DNA of 64,000 nt from Lama glama (lineage: Eukaryota): NCBI GenBank assembly GCA_028534125.1, contig CM052832.1, positions 13,580,001 to 13,644,000 of the forward strand, written 5' to 3'. Both the position numbers and the translations under genes were made by a program. This document shows positions 1 through 13,404 of this stretch, piece by piece (position 1 is the stretch's first letter; each line of letters opens with the position of its first letter). A model generated the notes under the pieces. The model did not search any database and was not told the DNA's origin. It saw nothing but the letters and a program-made list of their open reading frames with translations.

Positions 1-90
1 ACGTATGTACATATGTATAACTGAATCACTTTGCTGTACACCTGAAACTAACTTTGTAAATCGACTACACTTCAGTAAAAAATAATAATT
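1..90 (+). mobile_element. L1 3' end with A-rich tail (cetartiodactyl-type)
   Basis: tgtataactgaatcactttgctgtacacctgaaact...acttcagtaaaaaataataa; a near-identical terminus occurs at 29910-29987. Confidence 0.85.
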
Positions 91-1318
91 AGCCAAGTTC
101 TTGGGCAGATGAGCTCATAATTAAATATTTAATAATATTAAAAATATTAATCAGACCAGGTTGGAGTCCAGTAATCTGTTTTAATAAGCTTAATAACTTC
201 TCTAGGACATTCTTTGGTTAAATTTTTAAAAAGCTGTGTTACCTATGCTTTTCCATTTCAAGATAATCTTCTTTTACTTGTTCATCCATTTATTCAACAT
301 TCTTTCATCAAAAACTTATTTTGTGATGAGTATTTGGCAGGCACAGTGCCAGGCACATCCATGAATTCTTTTGTCCCTCACCATACTGTCCAAGGGATAT
401 GTCCCCACCCCCAGGTTACAGATGGGAAAACTGAGGGTGAGGCAGGTCACTGGTGGGCTAAGGACCTACAGTGATTAGTGGCAGAGTTAGAACACCAGCC
501 CAGTACTCCTCCTTCCTGGGAGCTACGTTCTCCATAACCCTGGAATGTCTTTTTCCTCACTGAGTGACAAAGATAGGCACAGGGGTGGCTGAGAAAAGTA
601 GTCACTAGAGCCAAGGTTCTCACTGCCCAGCATACACCTAAGCCACCTGCCAATGACAGTAACTTCAGCCACACTGGGCTCCAGGGCCCCAGGAAGGGTG
701 GCAGGAGCTGCCCAGGGCAGCTCTGGACCAGGTGTGGGAGGCAGACCAAAACATCTATAGCATCCTGTCTCCATAGGAGGAGTCGTGTTGGGTCCTGCTG
801 TGTCCACGTTTGTGGGGTGGGGTACCCCACTGCTCCTCAGCCCTCTCATGTGCTTTGAAAAGTCCTTTTGGAGCCCATTTCCTGTCAGAAAGACAGCTTG
901 TTTTCCTTTCTAAAAATGCAAACACTTCTGAGCGCAGGGCTGTTGCATCTGCTGATCTCACAGCCTGAAACACTCTTCTCTCAGAGCACGTGGCTCTCCC
1001 TCCCTTCCTTCCACCTCAGAGAGGCCTCCCCTGCCCAGGCCACCTGAAACTTCACCCTGTGATCATTCACCACACCCTTCACCTACTTAATTTTCTTCTT
1101 GGAGCATGCATGCTGGTGTTTTCTGTATGTTTGGTTATTACGGCTTGATTTTACCAAGAGAATGTCAGTTTCATGAGGGCAGACAGCTGTTTTGTTTGCT
1201 GCTGGATCCCTAGGACCTAGAATGGATGGATGGATGAGTGGTCTATTTTATCACTGTGATTCAGCCAGAATCTGTTCCTCAACTTCTCTGTCTGCACATT
1301 AAGTGGATTTGACTCAAA

Positions 1319-1520
1319 CAGTGGCTTTCAAACTTTAAAAAAATCATTGTAATACTTTATGTGAAATTTTAGAAAGAATGGACAACAGCAGGGCTGTACT
1401 TGCTGAAGCTGAGGAAGGCCCCAGGCCTTCAGTATGCCCTCTCCCTGCTCCCCACTTCCCTGCCTCCCCTCAGCCCCACAGAACTCTGGAGTTCCTCAGA
1501 ACACGGTTTGAAAATCACTG
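1319..1520. mobile_element. hAT-Charlie-like MITE
   Basis: TIRs cagtggctttcaaac / gtttgaaaatcactg. Confidence 0.6.
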
Positions 1521-1987
1521 GCCTAAGTGAGGTCCACTTCTAGCCAGTCACTCCCTCTTTCAAAGTCTAAATACAATCATCCATAAAATGAAGGATTTGG
1601 ACTCGCTGACCTTCCTTCTAGGACATTCTAGTATTATAAGTCATATCCATAACTGCAGAAAATTATCTTAAAGTCAGAATAGAAACCACAAAGAAACATT
1701 CAGTATCACGCTCGCCAATGGCCAGCAACTGTCAGGAATCTATGAAGCAGTTCTTGGTGGGAGCCGTGGGACCAATAAGATCTCAGATTGCTCAACCAGT
1801 CTGGCTGATGAAATGAGGCACACTATCTGAAACAATTAAGACAGGATACTGTCAAGGGCTAGAACAGATGGACAGATTCTATGGGCAAACTAGAAATCAT
1901 GGAAAGAGATGCACTGAGGTAAAATGGGAGGGTGTATTGGGAAGAAGTGTTATCTCTGGAAAGACAGAAGGTCATTCTAGGTAGGGG

Positions 1988-2530
1988 ACACAGTGGATGC
2001 TGTGGTGTACTGCTCAGGCCCCCTAGCAGGACTGGGGCACTCATACCCCAGCTGCCAGGAGGGCTGCCTGCTGATGGTTCTTCATCACATCTCCAAATAT
2101 AGCTATTGTGGCAAAGACTACTAGTTGTCCCTAATATCCATTCTCCCCTTCTTCCTTAGTAATTGAACCTCCAATTTTTATCTGGATGCATGGCCTCCCA
2201 GAATGAAGTCTACATTTCCCAGGCTCTCTTGTAGACAGGTGTGGCCATGTAATCAAGTTCTGATCCATGGGATGTAACGCCACATGATGTGTGTGTCACC
2301 TTCAAGGTTTGCCCTTAAAAGGAGTAACTGTGCCCCCCTTTTCCCTTTCCAACTAGCTGGAATGAGGACATGGCGGGGACCCCTCTTGGACTGTGAGCAA
2401 CACAATGGAAGGGACCTGGGTCCTAACTCTGTGGAGCCACCACATCAGTCTTGGGGGGCTGCAATGCCAAGGCCACACAAGGGAGCAATGCTGTTGTGTT
2501 ATGTTGAAGCCTCTGCTACCCAGACCAATG
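1988..2530 (+). mobile_element. Old LTR fragments (LTR16-like followed by MLT1/MaLR-like)
   Basis: ggatgctgtggtg...ccccagctg, then the MLT1 hallmark tacatttcccaggctctcttgtagacaggtgtggccatgt. Confidence 0.65.
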
Positions 2531-3728
2531 CAACTGCAATATCAATCCAAGTTTGCAAGGCTCCTTCACAGCAACCACTGCTTATTCCAAAACCAGCAGT
2601 GGGGAGGGCTTGGCAGGCATTATTCCCTCCCATTGCTCAGTAGCTGAGCTGAGGCTCAGGGTGGTCCAAGGACACTCACTGCTGAGTGGATTCCTGGGGC
2701 CAGAGGGAAGGGTGGGCAGATAGAATTTGGATTTTGGGGTCAGACCAGCTTTGGTTTGAACCCTGCCTCTCTGCTTACCAAACTCCACTCTGAAAGACCA
2801 TATGAAAATAATGTGTGTGGTGAGCTAAGCTCACAATCTGACTGTAGATACTTTTGTTCTCAGAACTCAGACAGCCTGCTTCCTAGGCAAGTGCTCTTTC
2901 CCAGGGGGATTCCAGTCTCTGAGACAAGTGCTCTCCTAGAGTGGGCTGTGGAAGCACCAAGGATTTAGTGCCTGACAGTAATCAGGGAAGACTCCCAGGG
3001 GAGGTGACATACGTCTGCAGTAGGCCTTGGAGGATGGGGAGATGCAACACAGGGAGAGAGGAGGGGGCCGGCATCCCTGGAGGGGAATGGCTCAAGCAAG
3101 GGCACAGAGGTATGACACACCCTGAGACTACTGTGAACTTGAAGAGAAGAGCTCTCAGTCTCAGTCCTAATCCTCAGCCCCACCCTGCTAACATTTATTT
3201 AGTGGTTTAGGTGTTTGGTGGGTTAGGTGTTGAAAAGGTAGCCTGAGAGGTATCGGGAATAATTGATTTTAGAGGACAGAACAAAGTCACCTGATGAGCT
3301 CAGTTAAAAGTCAGCTGAGTCCCCTGTTCCTCGCCTCACCCCGCAGGGGAACAGCCACTGAAGCTGGTACCTGCCCAGCACTGAGATCTGTGCTGGGAGA
3401 CTAACCAGAAAAGCAGACTGGATGGGGGCTTGGGCTAAGGGAAAGAGATGGACCAGCGTCTTAACCAAGGTCAGTCTTCCTCATTGATGGCCTAGCCAGG
3501 AGAAATCACAGAATCTAGTTCAGCCTAAAGCCACTGTGGTAAAACTCTTTCTCTCTATCCTGGAAAAAGTCATTCCTCACTTATAACTAGATACAGAATT
3601 TTCATAATTCCAAGACTGTGACGGGCATTTCACAAGTTCCCATATGAAATGCTGGACCCATTTCCACTACCTGGTCACGCAGTGCTAGAATCTTCGGGAG
3701 GTAGTACATTTTAGTTTTGCAAAGTGCA

Positions 3729-3900
3729 CTGGGGCTCAACGTGGCTGCACATTGGAATCACCTGGGAGTTGAATAAACACTGGTGCTGAGTTCTACCCCC
3801 AGAAATCCTGGTTTAATTCGTTTTGGGGAGAAGCCTGGGCAGTGGATGTTTTAAAAGCTCCCCAGGTGATTTGAACGTGCAGGCAAGATTGAGAACAATT
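3729..3900. mobile_element. MER5-like hAT MITE
   Basis: ggctgcacattggaatcacctgggag...aaaagctccccaggtgattt...ttgagaac. Similar copies near 20060-20192, 42395-42566 and 53830-54003. Confidence 0.75.
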
Positions 3901-5199
3901 GATTAAATGAAGAAGTTTTTAATGACTAGTAGAAAGTATAAACAAAATTATAGCATAGAGTATGCCAAATATTCTATCATGAAACCTCTTTTAGATTTAT
4001 GTTCACACTAGGTCACAATGCAAAAAATACTTCTCACTGTAGGTTTCAGTCCGGGAGACTGGAGACCTCAGACTGACAGGTCCTGTCAGTCACGGTGCTG
4101 AATGAAGGGGACCTGCCGGAGTAGCAACCAGGCAGGTGCCTTCCAGTCTCTGCGTCAGCCTCTCTGAGGGCAGGCAGGGGCTGTCCCTCTTCTGAAACAG
4201 CCCTTTCCCATCTCAGACAACTCTTGTGGCGCCAAAAGCTGCCTCTCAGAAACTCACATCAACCTGACACCAGGCAAATTGCACTCTTCACCACTCCCAG
4301 GAAGCATCACATTTCTTCCCCACCATGTGACTTCATTGTGTTGTCATCCAGCATCCTAGCTAGAAGCCCAAGCTCCTGCCCAACCTCCTGCCCAACCTGT
4401 CTCTAGCTGTCAAACTTCTACCCAACTTTTAAGCGCTAGCTCAAATGCCACTTCCATGAGGCCTTACATGCAGGGAGCTGTTTGGTCCCTCCCTCTGCAT
4501 TCTCTGCCTTTTAATTTTCTTACATTCAGTTGGAACTTTTTTGTATTATAACTATTTGGCGCCTAATTTTTAGTTTGAGTAGACTGTAAGCTCCTTGAGG
4601 GCAAGGGTGGAGTCTCATATCTCTGTATCCTCTGCAGGGCCCAGTATATGCTCCATAAACACTTACTGCACGAATGAATGAATGAATGAATGACTGGCTT
4701 GCCATGAAGCTTTTATAAAGGGAAGGTGCCAAGTAGTAGCTTAAGTGGGGATGGGGTTTTAAGTCCACCAAAACCCCATACTATGATAAGAAAAAAATTT
4801 TATTTTTCAAAATTACGCAAATACAGCTTTGAGACAAGTTCCCAGTCCCAGACTGGAAATCCTGAATCCCCTTTACTGGTTGTCAGGGAGACCACCTCTC
4901 CCCAGGTGAATAAATGAATGAACAAATAAATGAATTTCATTTTCCTAATGAAAACCAGGCACTGTGTTAAATGTTTTTACAAACGTTTTCACGTACCCTC
5001 AAAATGGCCCTATCACAAGAACTAGACACACATTGCCAGAAGGTAGACCTGCTGCTGCCTCAGCTTCCACAGAACAAAACACAATCTCAGGACACAAAAG
5101 CCCAGGCTGGGAACAAGAGGAGGGAGCATGGCCTGTGGGAAAGAGGTCTGGGGACCACATGTTGAAGAATTAAAAAAAAAAAAAAAAAAAAGACAAGCC

Positions 5200-6570
5200 T
5201 CCGGTTATATGCAGATAATGTGATTGTTTACATATAAAGTATGAGGTATTCTACCAAGAAATTTTTAGAACTATTAAGAATGTTCACAAGGTTGCTCAAA
5301 ACAAAATCAATAAGCAAAAACCATCAACATTCCTTTATCTATCAGCAATAATCAATTAGGTTAGAAAATGTCATAGATAAAAGATCTCGTTCCCTGTAGC
5401 AACAAAAACTAATAAATCTAATAAAAGACTGAAGGACAAGAAAGCCCAGAAGAAACAGAGAGACAGACTACTTTATAAATGGGAAGATATAATTTCAATT
5501 AAAATCTCAACAGAGCTGCTTTCACTTGGGGAAAAAGGAGATCAAGTCAATATTTGGAGAAGGAATTGAAAGAGGAGGGGAGGGACTGCCAAGTATGATG
5601 TAAGTAGCCTTATTAATAAGCCTATAGTGATGAAAACAGTGTGATCTGGTGCAGAAATAGACAAATTCACCAATGGAAGAGAAGAGAGACTCCAGGAACA
5701 GATTTTTGGGAACCCAGGAACTCGAATAAGTCAGAGGTGGCATTTCAAACAAGCGTGAAAAGGGCTGCCTAAAAATGGTGTGGGTAATTGGTTCTCACAA
5801 TTATAAATTTCAGTTTCTACCACATACTAGTCACAAAATAAATTCCAGATAGATTAATCTAAATATGAAAGAGCAAAACTTTAAAACTTTTGAAGGAAAA
5901 GATAGATGTCATTGTAACAAAGTAACGATATTTAAAAGAAACAAATTGTAAGAGGAAAAGATTGATACCTTTGCTTTAAAAGTGAAATCTTCTGAATGAC
6001 AAGAGACATCATCAAAGACAAGCCATGGAATAGGATAAGATAGCTGCAATGTCTATAACTGACAAATGACATACAGACTATATAAAGAACATGTGCATGT
6101 TGAAGAGAAAAAGATAATGGTAGAAAAAACAGGAAATGTCCATGAGCAGGTAAGCTACAGAAGAAGAAAAACATGTGGTGGATAAATACATAGAGATGCT
6201 TAATTAACATCACTAGTTATCAAGATGTGTGGATTAAATAAGTAAAATAAAATGAGATATAATTCCACATTCATCAGATTGACTTAAAACTCTGCAGCCT
6301 GATAGTACCAAGGGTTGATGACATTGTGGGGAGATTAGAACTTGTATACGCTGCTAGTGGTTAAATCAGTGCAATCGCTTTGGAGACTAATTTAAATAAG
6401 TCTGGTAAAGTTAATGTGACGTGTACCCTAGGGAAACGGTCCGGGTGGGCCGGAGAGATACAAACAAGGATGATCATTGAGGTGTTGTGTATGACAGCAA
6501 CACCTGGCCGTGTCCATCAACAGAATGGCTAAGTGAACTATGATACAGTCTTAATGGAATAAACACTGGA
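5200..6570 (+). mobile_element. Degenerate L1 ORF2/3' region (L1M-type)
   Basis: A-rich, with L1 motifs (tatatgcagataatgtgattg, aaaataaattccagatagatt, agatgcttaattaacatcactag); no intact ORF. Confidence 0.75.
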
Positions 6571-6814
6571 AGAGGTAGGTAAAAGACGTAGAGGGTTGAA
6601 GAAAGTCAGGAGACCAAGTCCTGGTTCTTGTTCTGCTTCTAACTGACGGCAGGATGTTATACAAGTCACGTGTCCCTCTTTGTTGAATGCTCTTCCCCAG
6701 ATAGTCTTGTGGCTCACTCACTCACCTTCTTCAGGTCTGTGTGCAAATCCCACCTGCTCAGAGAGGCTCCCCTGATCTGTACAACCAGGATCCACACCCC
6801 CTGACACTGCTTGG

Positions 6815-7035
6815 TCAAGAAGCAGAGTGGTTTAAAGGCCAGACCAGGCTCAAACACCAATTTTACCAAGTACTGTTTGTATGACCTTAGGCAAGTTTTT
6901 AAGCTCTCTGTGACTCAGTTTCCTCCTCTGCAAAATGAAGATAATAATAGTTTTCACCTCAGAGGGTTGTTGTAAGGACTGAATGAGCTAATACACCAAA
7001 AACTTATAACAGAGGCTGATATAAAGGAAGTGCTA
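6815..7035. mobile_element. MIR SINE (representative; many more across the window)
   Basis: MIR core tgaccttaggcaagtt...ctcagtttcctcctctgcaaaatgaagataata. Others near 18000-18200, 38870-39080, 47965-48180, 58300-58555 and 62890-63115. Confidence 0.8.
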
Positions 7036-9287
7036 GTTAATTGTAAATTGCATGACAGTTAAAATAAATGAAGTAACTAGTGTGACATGGATCAATCTCA
7101 TAAACATGCTGTGAAAAGAGCAAGTCCCACACACGTCTCTCCTTTCCCTCCCAGTCACACGTACTTGGTCCCCCACACGGACAGCCCTTGGCTACACCAC
7201 CGTCAGCTGTCCTTCTCATGGGTCTGAGTTCCTCTCCCCTGCTGTCCACATGCCCATCACAGCCTGGCCAAGTCAGGTTTTGGCAGTATTTATTGAATGG
7301 ATTGAAGTAAATTAATTCTGAATAGTCCCTGGGTGCCTGAGGATGAAGACACCATTGACCCTCTCAGACGGTGTATTTTACGAAGTTGAAATAAAGACAT
7401 GAGGAGGGTAGGAGTAATGGAACAGCCCCTTTCTGAAGGTCTGTCCTAGGGTCCATTGCGTGACTGAAGCATTAACTGCTACATTTCATAGAGGATTTTA
7501 GGCATAAAAGAGATCTAGAAGGATCCAAGCAGAGCCCTTCCACTGGCTACAGGAAGGAAAGTGGGATTGGGGACAAGGAGGAGATGAGTGGAGGCTTTTT
7601 TAAAAACTCAAATACTTTTACACTGTTATAATTCTGCATAGTGAGAAAAAATGTATTACTTGTGAATTAGCAGAAAGAAAAAATATCTTGCATATTAAGA
7701 GGTACTCAGTGAATGGGCATTACAATTATTCTTTAAAACAAAGAGAAAGACTTCTCACCCAGCTCAGATCCTCAGGCAGAAAGGGGCCCTGCTCACACCC
7801 TGCCTCACACACTGCAGCTGGCCCTTCAGCAAGTCTCACTGGCCCTACCTTCAAAGTATATCCTGAATCCAACCGATTCTCACCACCCTCACTGCCCAGC
7901 CTCCCACCACACTCATCCCTCACCTAGATGTACAGTAGTATCCTCCTGGTCTTGTTTCTACCTTGCCCCCTCCATCACTCCGCCCAGCGGCTGGGGTTCC
8001 TTAAAAACCCAAACGAGGTAGTTGATAGGTACTAAGCACTTGCCATGTGCAAGGCACTGTGATAAGCAATATATTCACTTGCTCCGTTAATCCTTTAACA
8101 ACCCTGGGAATTAGGCACTAGTACAATCTCCACTGGACAGATGCAGAAACAGGCACAGAGCATTATTCTGCCCCAGGTTCACATCGATAAGTTGCAGAGT
8201 TGGGATCCAGTCCTGTGGAGCGGGTGCTCCGCGCATTGCCTCCCTCCCAGTGGCCTGTGCTCCCCACTTTCCCAGAGTGAAATCAGAGCTTGCTGCTCTG
8301 GCTACAAGGCCCCATGTGACCTGGTCTCTGCCTGCCCCTCCAGCCTTATCCCCAACCTCCCTCCTCCTCACCTACCACTCCCCAGTCCCAGTGGCTCCCT
8401 GGCTGGTCCTCCACTTAGAATAGTCTTTCCTCTTCCATCTTCAAATGGCTGGTTCTCTCACTTTACTTGGGCCTCTGCTTGAAAGTCGCCTCCTCCAAAA
8501 GGGCCTCCCTGACCACCTTTACTAAAATAGTCCCCACTTTATTCTCTGACCCTTTCCTGCTTTAATTTTACCCATCAAGATCTAACCATTTCCTGATGTG
8601 ACATTGTAAGACTACCTGTTTGAATATTTATTACGTGTCTCTTCTCTCTAGAATTCCTCCTCCAGCAGGGCAGGAACTCCGTCCCCAGTGCCTGGAACAG
8701 AGGCTGGCACAGAGTGGTAGTGCAGTAAATGAATAAATGCCCCCAAGCCCCGACCCTGAGGCAGCCCCTGTGGATGTCGGGCTGCTCTCGGACCAGGTCT
8801 AGGCCTGCTCTGTGGGGCTCAGAACGTGTCTGCTACCCTGGCACAGATGGCACTTCTGCCTCTGGGTGTGTGGCCCCATCCTTCTCGCTGGGGCCCCTAG
8901 ACTAGCAGGCAGGAGGTGAAGTGACATCTCCCGCGTTTCTTCCCAGCTTCCCTCCCCCGTCCACCACCCAGCTCCAGGGCTTTCACCTCCAGCCACCTGG
9001 AAGCTGGTCTGACGAATCCATCCCCACCAAGATGATGAAGATGTGAAGCTCTCCTTCCCAAGGATATTGCATTTTAAAGGAGGCCAGGCCAGAGAAGCTC
9101 TTCACCTCAATGCATGACTGTGACATGGAGTAACTTCAAAGCCCAGGATGTCAGAGAGATGCTACCTTTCCCTCTCCCAGGCCCTGGGAGACAGGGCATC
9201 ACGAGTAAGAGTGTTGAGGGAGAGGGACAGGCAGTTCCAAGCTCACCCAGTGGGTCAGAGACTGAAACTGGGCAGATCCCAACCTCA

Positions 9288-9698
<411 letters not shown>

Positions 9699-10059
9699 TC
9701 AGAACTTGCTGCCAAGCTTCCCTGCCAGCTGGGAGCCTGGAATGGGCTGCCTCTCCCCAGGTGGCTGGGACACCCACAGGTGGCGCAGGCAGCAGCTGCC
9801 TGGACCTGTTGAGCTCTGTCAGGAGGCAGCCCCAGAGTCTGGTAAAGGCCTCAGGCCCAGGACGCAGTGTAGAAGAGCCCCAGACACGTGAGCAGCATCT
9901 TGACCCTGCAGTCGCCCCTGTCTGCCCATGCTTGGTACCCCCAGGAATGCTGGCTGCCACCACGCAGGGTCAAGCCCAAGGAGGAGGCCTCAGCCCTCAG
10001 CCCCAAGAATTCACTCATCAGGTTGCAAAACCTCCACTGATGGTTATCGGAGGTGCCTC

Positions 10060-10400
10060 CCTCCCTGACACACTGCAGCAATAAAGAATTAAATGCTGGC
10101 CTCCCTCCAGGAAGATGCTGTGCTCTTCCCACAGGGGCAGGGCTGCCAAATTGGCTCTGGTTTTTGAGGAAAACATGCTCACACCACCCATGACCCCCAC
10201 AATGACACCCCTCCCTGGGCTCCTACAGGCTCTGTGTGGTATGCATGATGTGTTACACAATCATTTTTAATTTGTTTTTTTTACATAAGTGGCCCTTTGC
10301 TTATTCACTTGTTTGTTTATTCACATGTTAGGAGCAGCCACCACCAAAATTGTAAAGGAAGAGAGGTTTGGCTTCAGGGGCCCCACCCACCACCGCCTCT
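10060..10400 (-). promoter_or_regulatory. Putative PNPLA1 proximal promoter
   Basis: Repeat-free region upstream of exon 1 with a TATA-like ATTTAAT (~10088-10094, minus), p63-type half site AAACATGCTC (10171-10180), TTACACAAT (10253-10261), TTACATAA (10281-10288) and CCCCACCC (10381-10388). The TSS cannot be seen directly. Confidence 0.45.
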
Positions 10401-13400
10401 CCATCTCTCACCCTTTCTCCCTGCCTAACTCTTAGTACCTTCTCTCCAAGCCACAAATTTTTATACTGTCTCCTAAGTGTCCCAGAAGAAATCAGTCTGA
10501 AATCTCTATCATTCTAAGTGTTTGGGGCTTCATACTGTGTGATGTTCTTCTCACTTTAAAAGGAGAAATCTGAGATGACAATATTTAATCCCAAGGATGA
10601 ACAGCTTGGGACACCAAGTATGGGGGCATCTGGGTCAAGACAGAGAAGATTTGGAGCTCAAAGGGTAAGCAAGGTGGCAGTGGGTGGGGAGCGACCAGGG
10701 TTAGCTCCAGGAGGCACTGGTCATGCCCCTCTGGTGTGGTGCGATGTGGCCCTGGCATAGAGGGTCTTCCTCACAGTCCTCAAATTTCACTGCCTGAGGA
10801 TGTCACAAAGCAACAAAGTGACAAGACCATGTCTCTCCCTTCTCCATCTCCCCCACCACGGATCAGAGTCAGGATCAGAATTGGAATCGAGATACTGAGC
10901 CCCCTGTCCAATGCCCAGTGTAGCTCCATACTCTGTTAAGATGTGACAGCCATGCTCAACCCGCCCCGGGAAGCTCCCCCGAACTCTGTTGGCTTCACCG
11001 ATCTGTATTGGAATTTCACATTAGGGGCAGCACCCAGTGTTCGGTCAGCAGGGGTTTTTCTGTCTTGGGTAGGTAGTTCCAAGTATATAACCGTCTCTGT
11101 TTGGGAAGGGAACTTTTGACTAAATGTGTCTGTGACAGAGAAAATGTGTGCATGCACGTATGCACGCAGAGCTCTGAGGCAACCAACCAGCTAGGGTAAA
11201 GAGTAGGGTGTGACTGGGTGGGGTCCAATCAGCTTTTGGAACATGGAGACACTGCCTCCTTCCTGGGAAATCCAGTTGGCCTGTCCAGCTCTGTACTGAG
11301 GGTCCTGGGAAAAGGGAGGGAATGGAAACACCATCCCCTAACTCAGACACCTACGCTTCTTGGGAAATAGCCAGAGAACCATACTAAGGCAGTCTATAAT
11401 CTAGTACCAAATTGTGCAGGACTGAGATTCACACCAGAATAGTTAAGAGGTGAGGGTGAGCAGCGTGGGCTGGAACCATCAGAGAAGCTATGTGAAAGAG
11501 CCATGGGTTGAGGGGTTTGAAGAAGCTGCAAGGAAGAGGAAGGGTATTGGCAGGGAACAGCATGAGCTCTTTACAGAGAGGGAATGGGCATGATGGTGGG
11601 CAGTTACACAGGATGAAGGGCTTTGGATCAGGCAAACACAAGTTGAATCCCAGCTCTGCTATTTATAGGCAGTGTGACATGTGTAACCTCTCTGGGCCTC
11701 AGTTTTCCTCAGCTATAAAAGGGACAATGATGCTTATGCTGGACGGTAACTATAAAATTTCAGACATGGCTGTAATTATGTCTGACACTTGGTATGTCTA
11801 TTATTATCAAAGGGTAGTAAGGGCCTACGCTTCTGGAACAGGTGGACCTGGGAGATAAGGTGGAATAGAAAGGTGGGGTCAAAAAAAACCAAAAGGTGGG
11901 ATCAGCAGAGGAAGGTGTGATCCATCTGCAACATGCAGGATCTTGGAAGGGCAATGAGACAGGCTGGACGATGAGGAAGGAGGATAGCATTGCATCCTCC
12001 TAGGGATGTTGGTGGCCAGGGCAGGGTGGAGGCTGAAGAAAGATAAGTTAATGAAACCATTGCCTCAGAGACTCTCAGGACCGAGGAACTGGTTGGATGG
12101 GCAGGACGAGTCATAGCTGACACCTCACTTTTAGTCTGGGTGTTGGGAGGGGTGGGGCTGCCTTGGCAGTCTTGGGAAAACTGGGACAGAACTAGGAAAA
12201 CTGGGTGGAGGATGAGGTTACTCTAAGACATGTCTGGGATGACAGCAGGACATTGGAGCCTTGGAGGAAGGGCAGGGGAGGCTCCAGAGAGGCAGGCAGA
12301 GACCCCTGCCATTGAGAAGCAGAGAAGGGTAAGCAGCAGGAGGTGGGCACAGGGTCACGTTGAAGGAAGACAACCCTGGACTAGCATTCTCCTTCTTGGT
12401 CATCTTGCTTTTCCCAGTGAAACAGGAAGCAAGGCCACCTGTTCTACATGAACTGTGGGGGCTGGGGGAGGCTGAGGGCCCACCGCCCACCACCCTTTCA
12501 AAGACGGCCCCTTGTCCTGACTCAGCCCCTGGCGCCACGCTCCTCAGGCCTGGCTGTTGGATTAGGCAACGGTCCTCATGGAATTAAGATAGTCTTTAGT
12601 TCCATGGGGACAGTGGAGACCAGAGCAGGAACAGCACAGCCTCTGCGCAAACAAGCAAACTGGAAATTCATGACTGGGCATGAAAAGGCTCCATCGGAAC
12701 TGTTACTGTGTTCCAGGTGCTGATCCTGGCAGAGTGCTCTGCGCGTCTGACGAGGCTGGTGGGCCGCGGCTCACCCATCCTGCGCCTCTGTGTTAAATGA
12801 CTGAGACGGTTCTTCTCATTTCCCTTTGTTCCTGACATTATACTCAAAGTCCTATGAACTACATGTGGACACCAACAAGAAAAGATCACATCCCAACATT
12901 TTTGTGTTTGACTTTTAAAGTCCACTCATACTTCTCTCAGGTGTTTTACACCAAGTTAATACTGTGCACATGACTCATCGGCCCCTGGGGAAATCACATG
13001 CAAGAAACTGAGACTGCTTATCACACATAATTCCAACAAGACAACCCAAAAGAAATATATAGAAGAATCTAGATTTTCCATAAATATAAGATATGTGAAA
13101 CCACCCATGACACAGCTCTGGAAGAAAGACGGCATGGGGTTCCAGGTTAGCTTTTCATCAACAGTGCAGCACCCTCTACTTAAATCTTGTAAAATGTTTA
13201 TTTAGGGAAGAACCTGGTTGTTCCTTCATGTGAGAGAGTATGAAGGTCATGGCATTGACCGTGAGTAATCGTGTCAAGAACATTTAACCTGAATCTAATG
13301 GAGGCCTAACTTCCAGTTACAGTCAACGTGGAGTATGAAGTAACAAGTTAAATGATGCCAGCTGAGAACAACCAGACAAACTGAAACTGGGGGAAGAGCT

Positions 13401-13404
13401 GGGA

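Noticed and set aside
5171..5190. A-run as the tail of a processed pseudogene
   Set aside because: No ORF similarity, upstream polyA signal or TSD found; it abuts an old L1.
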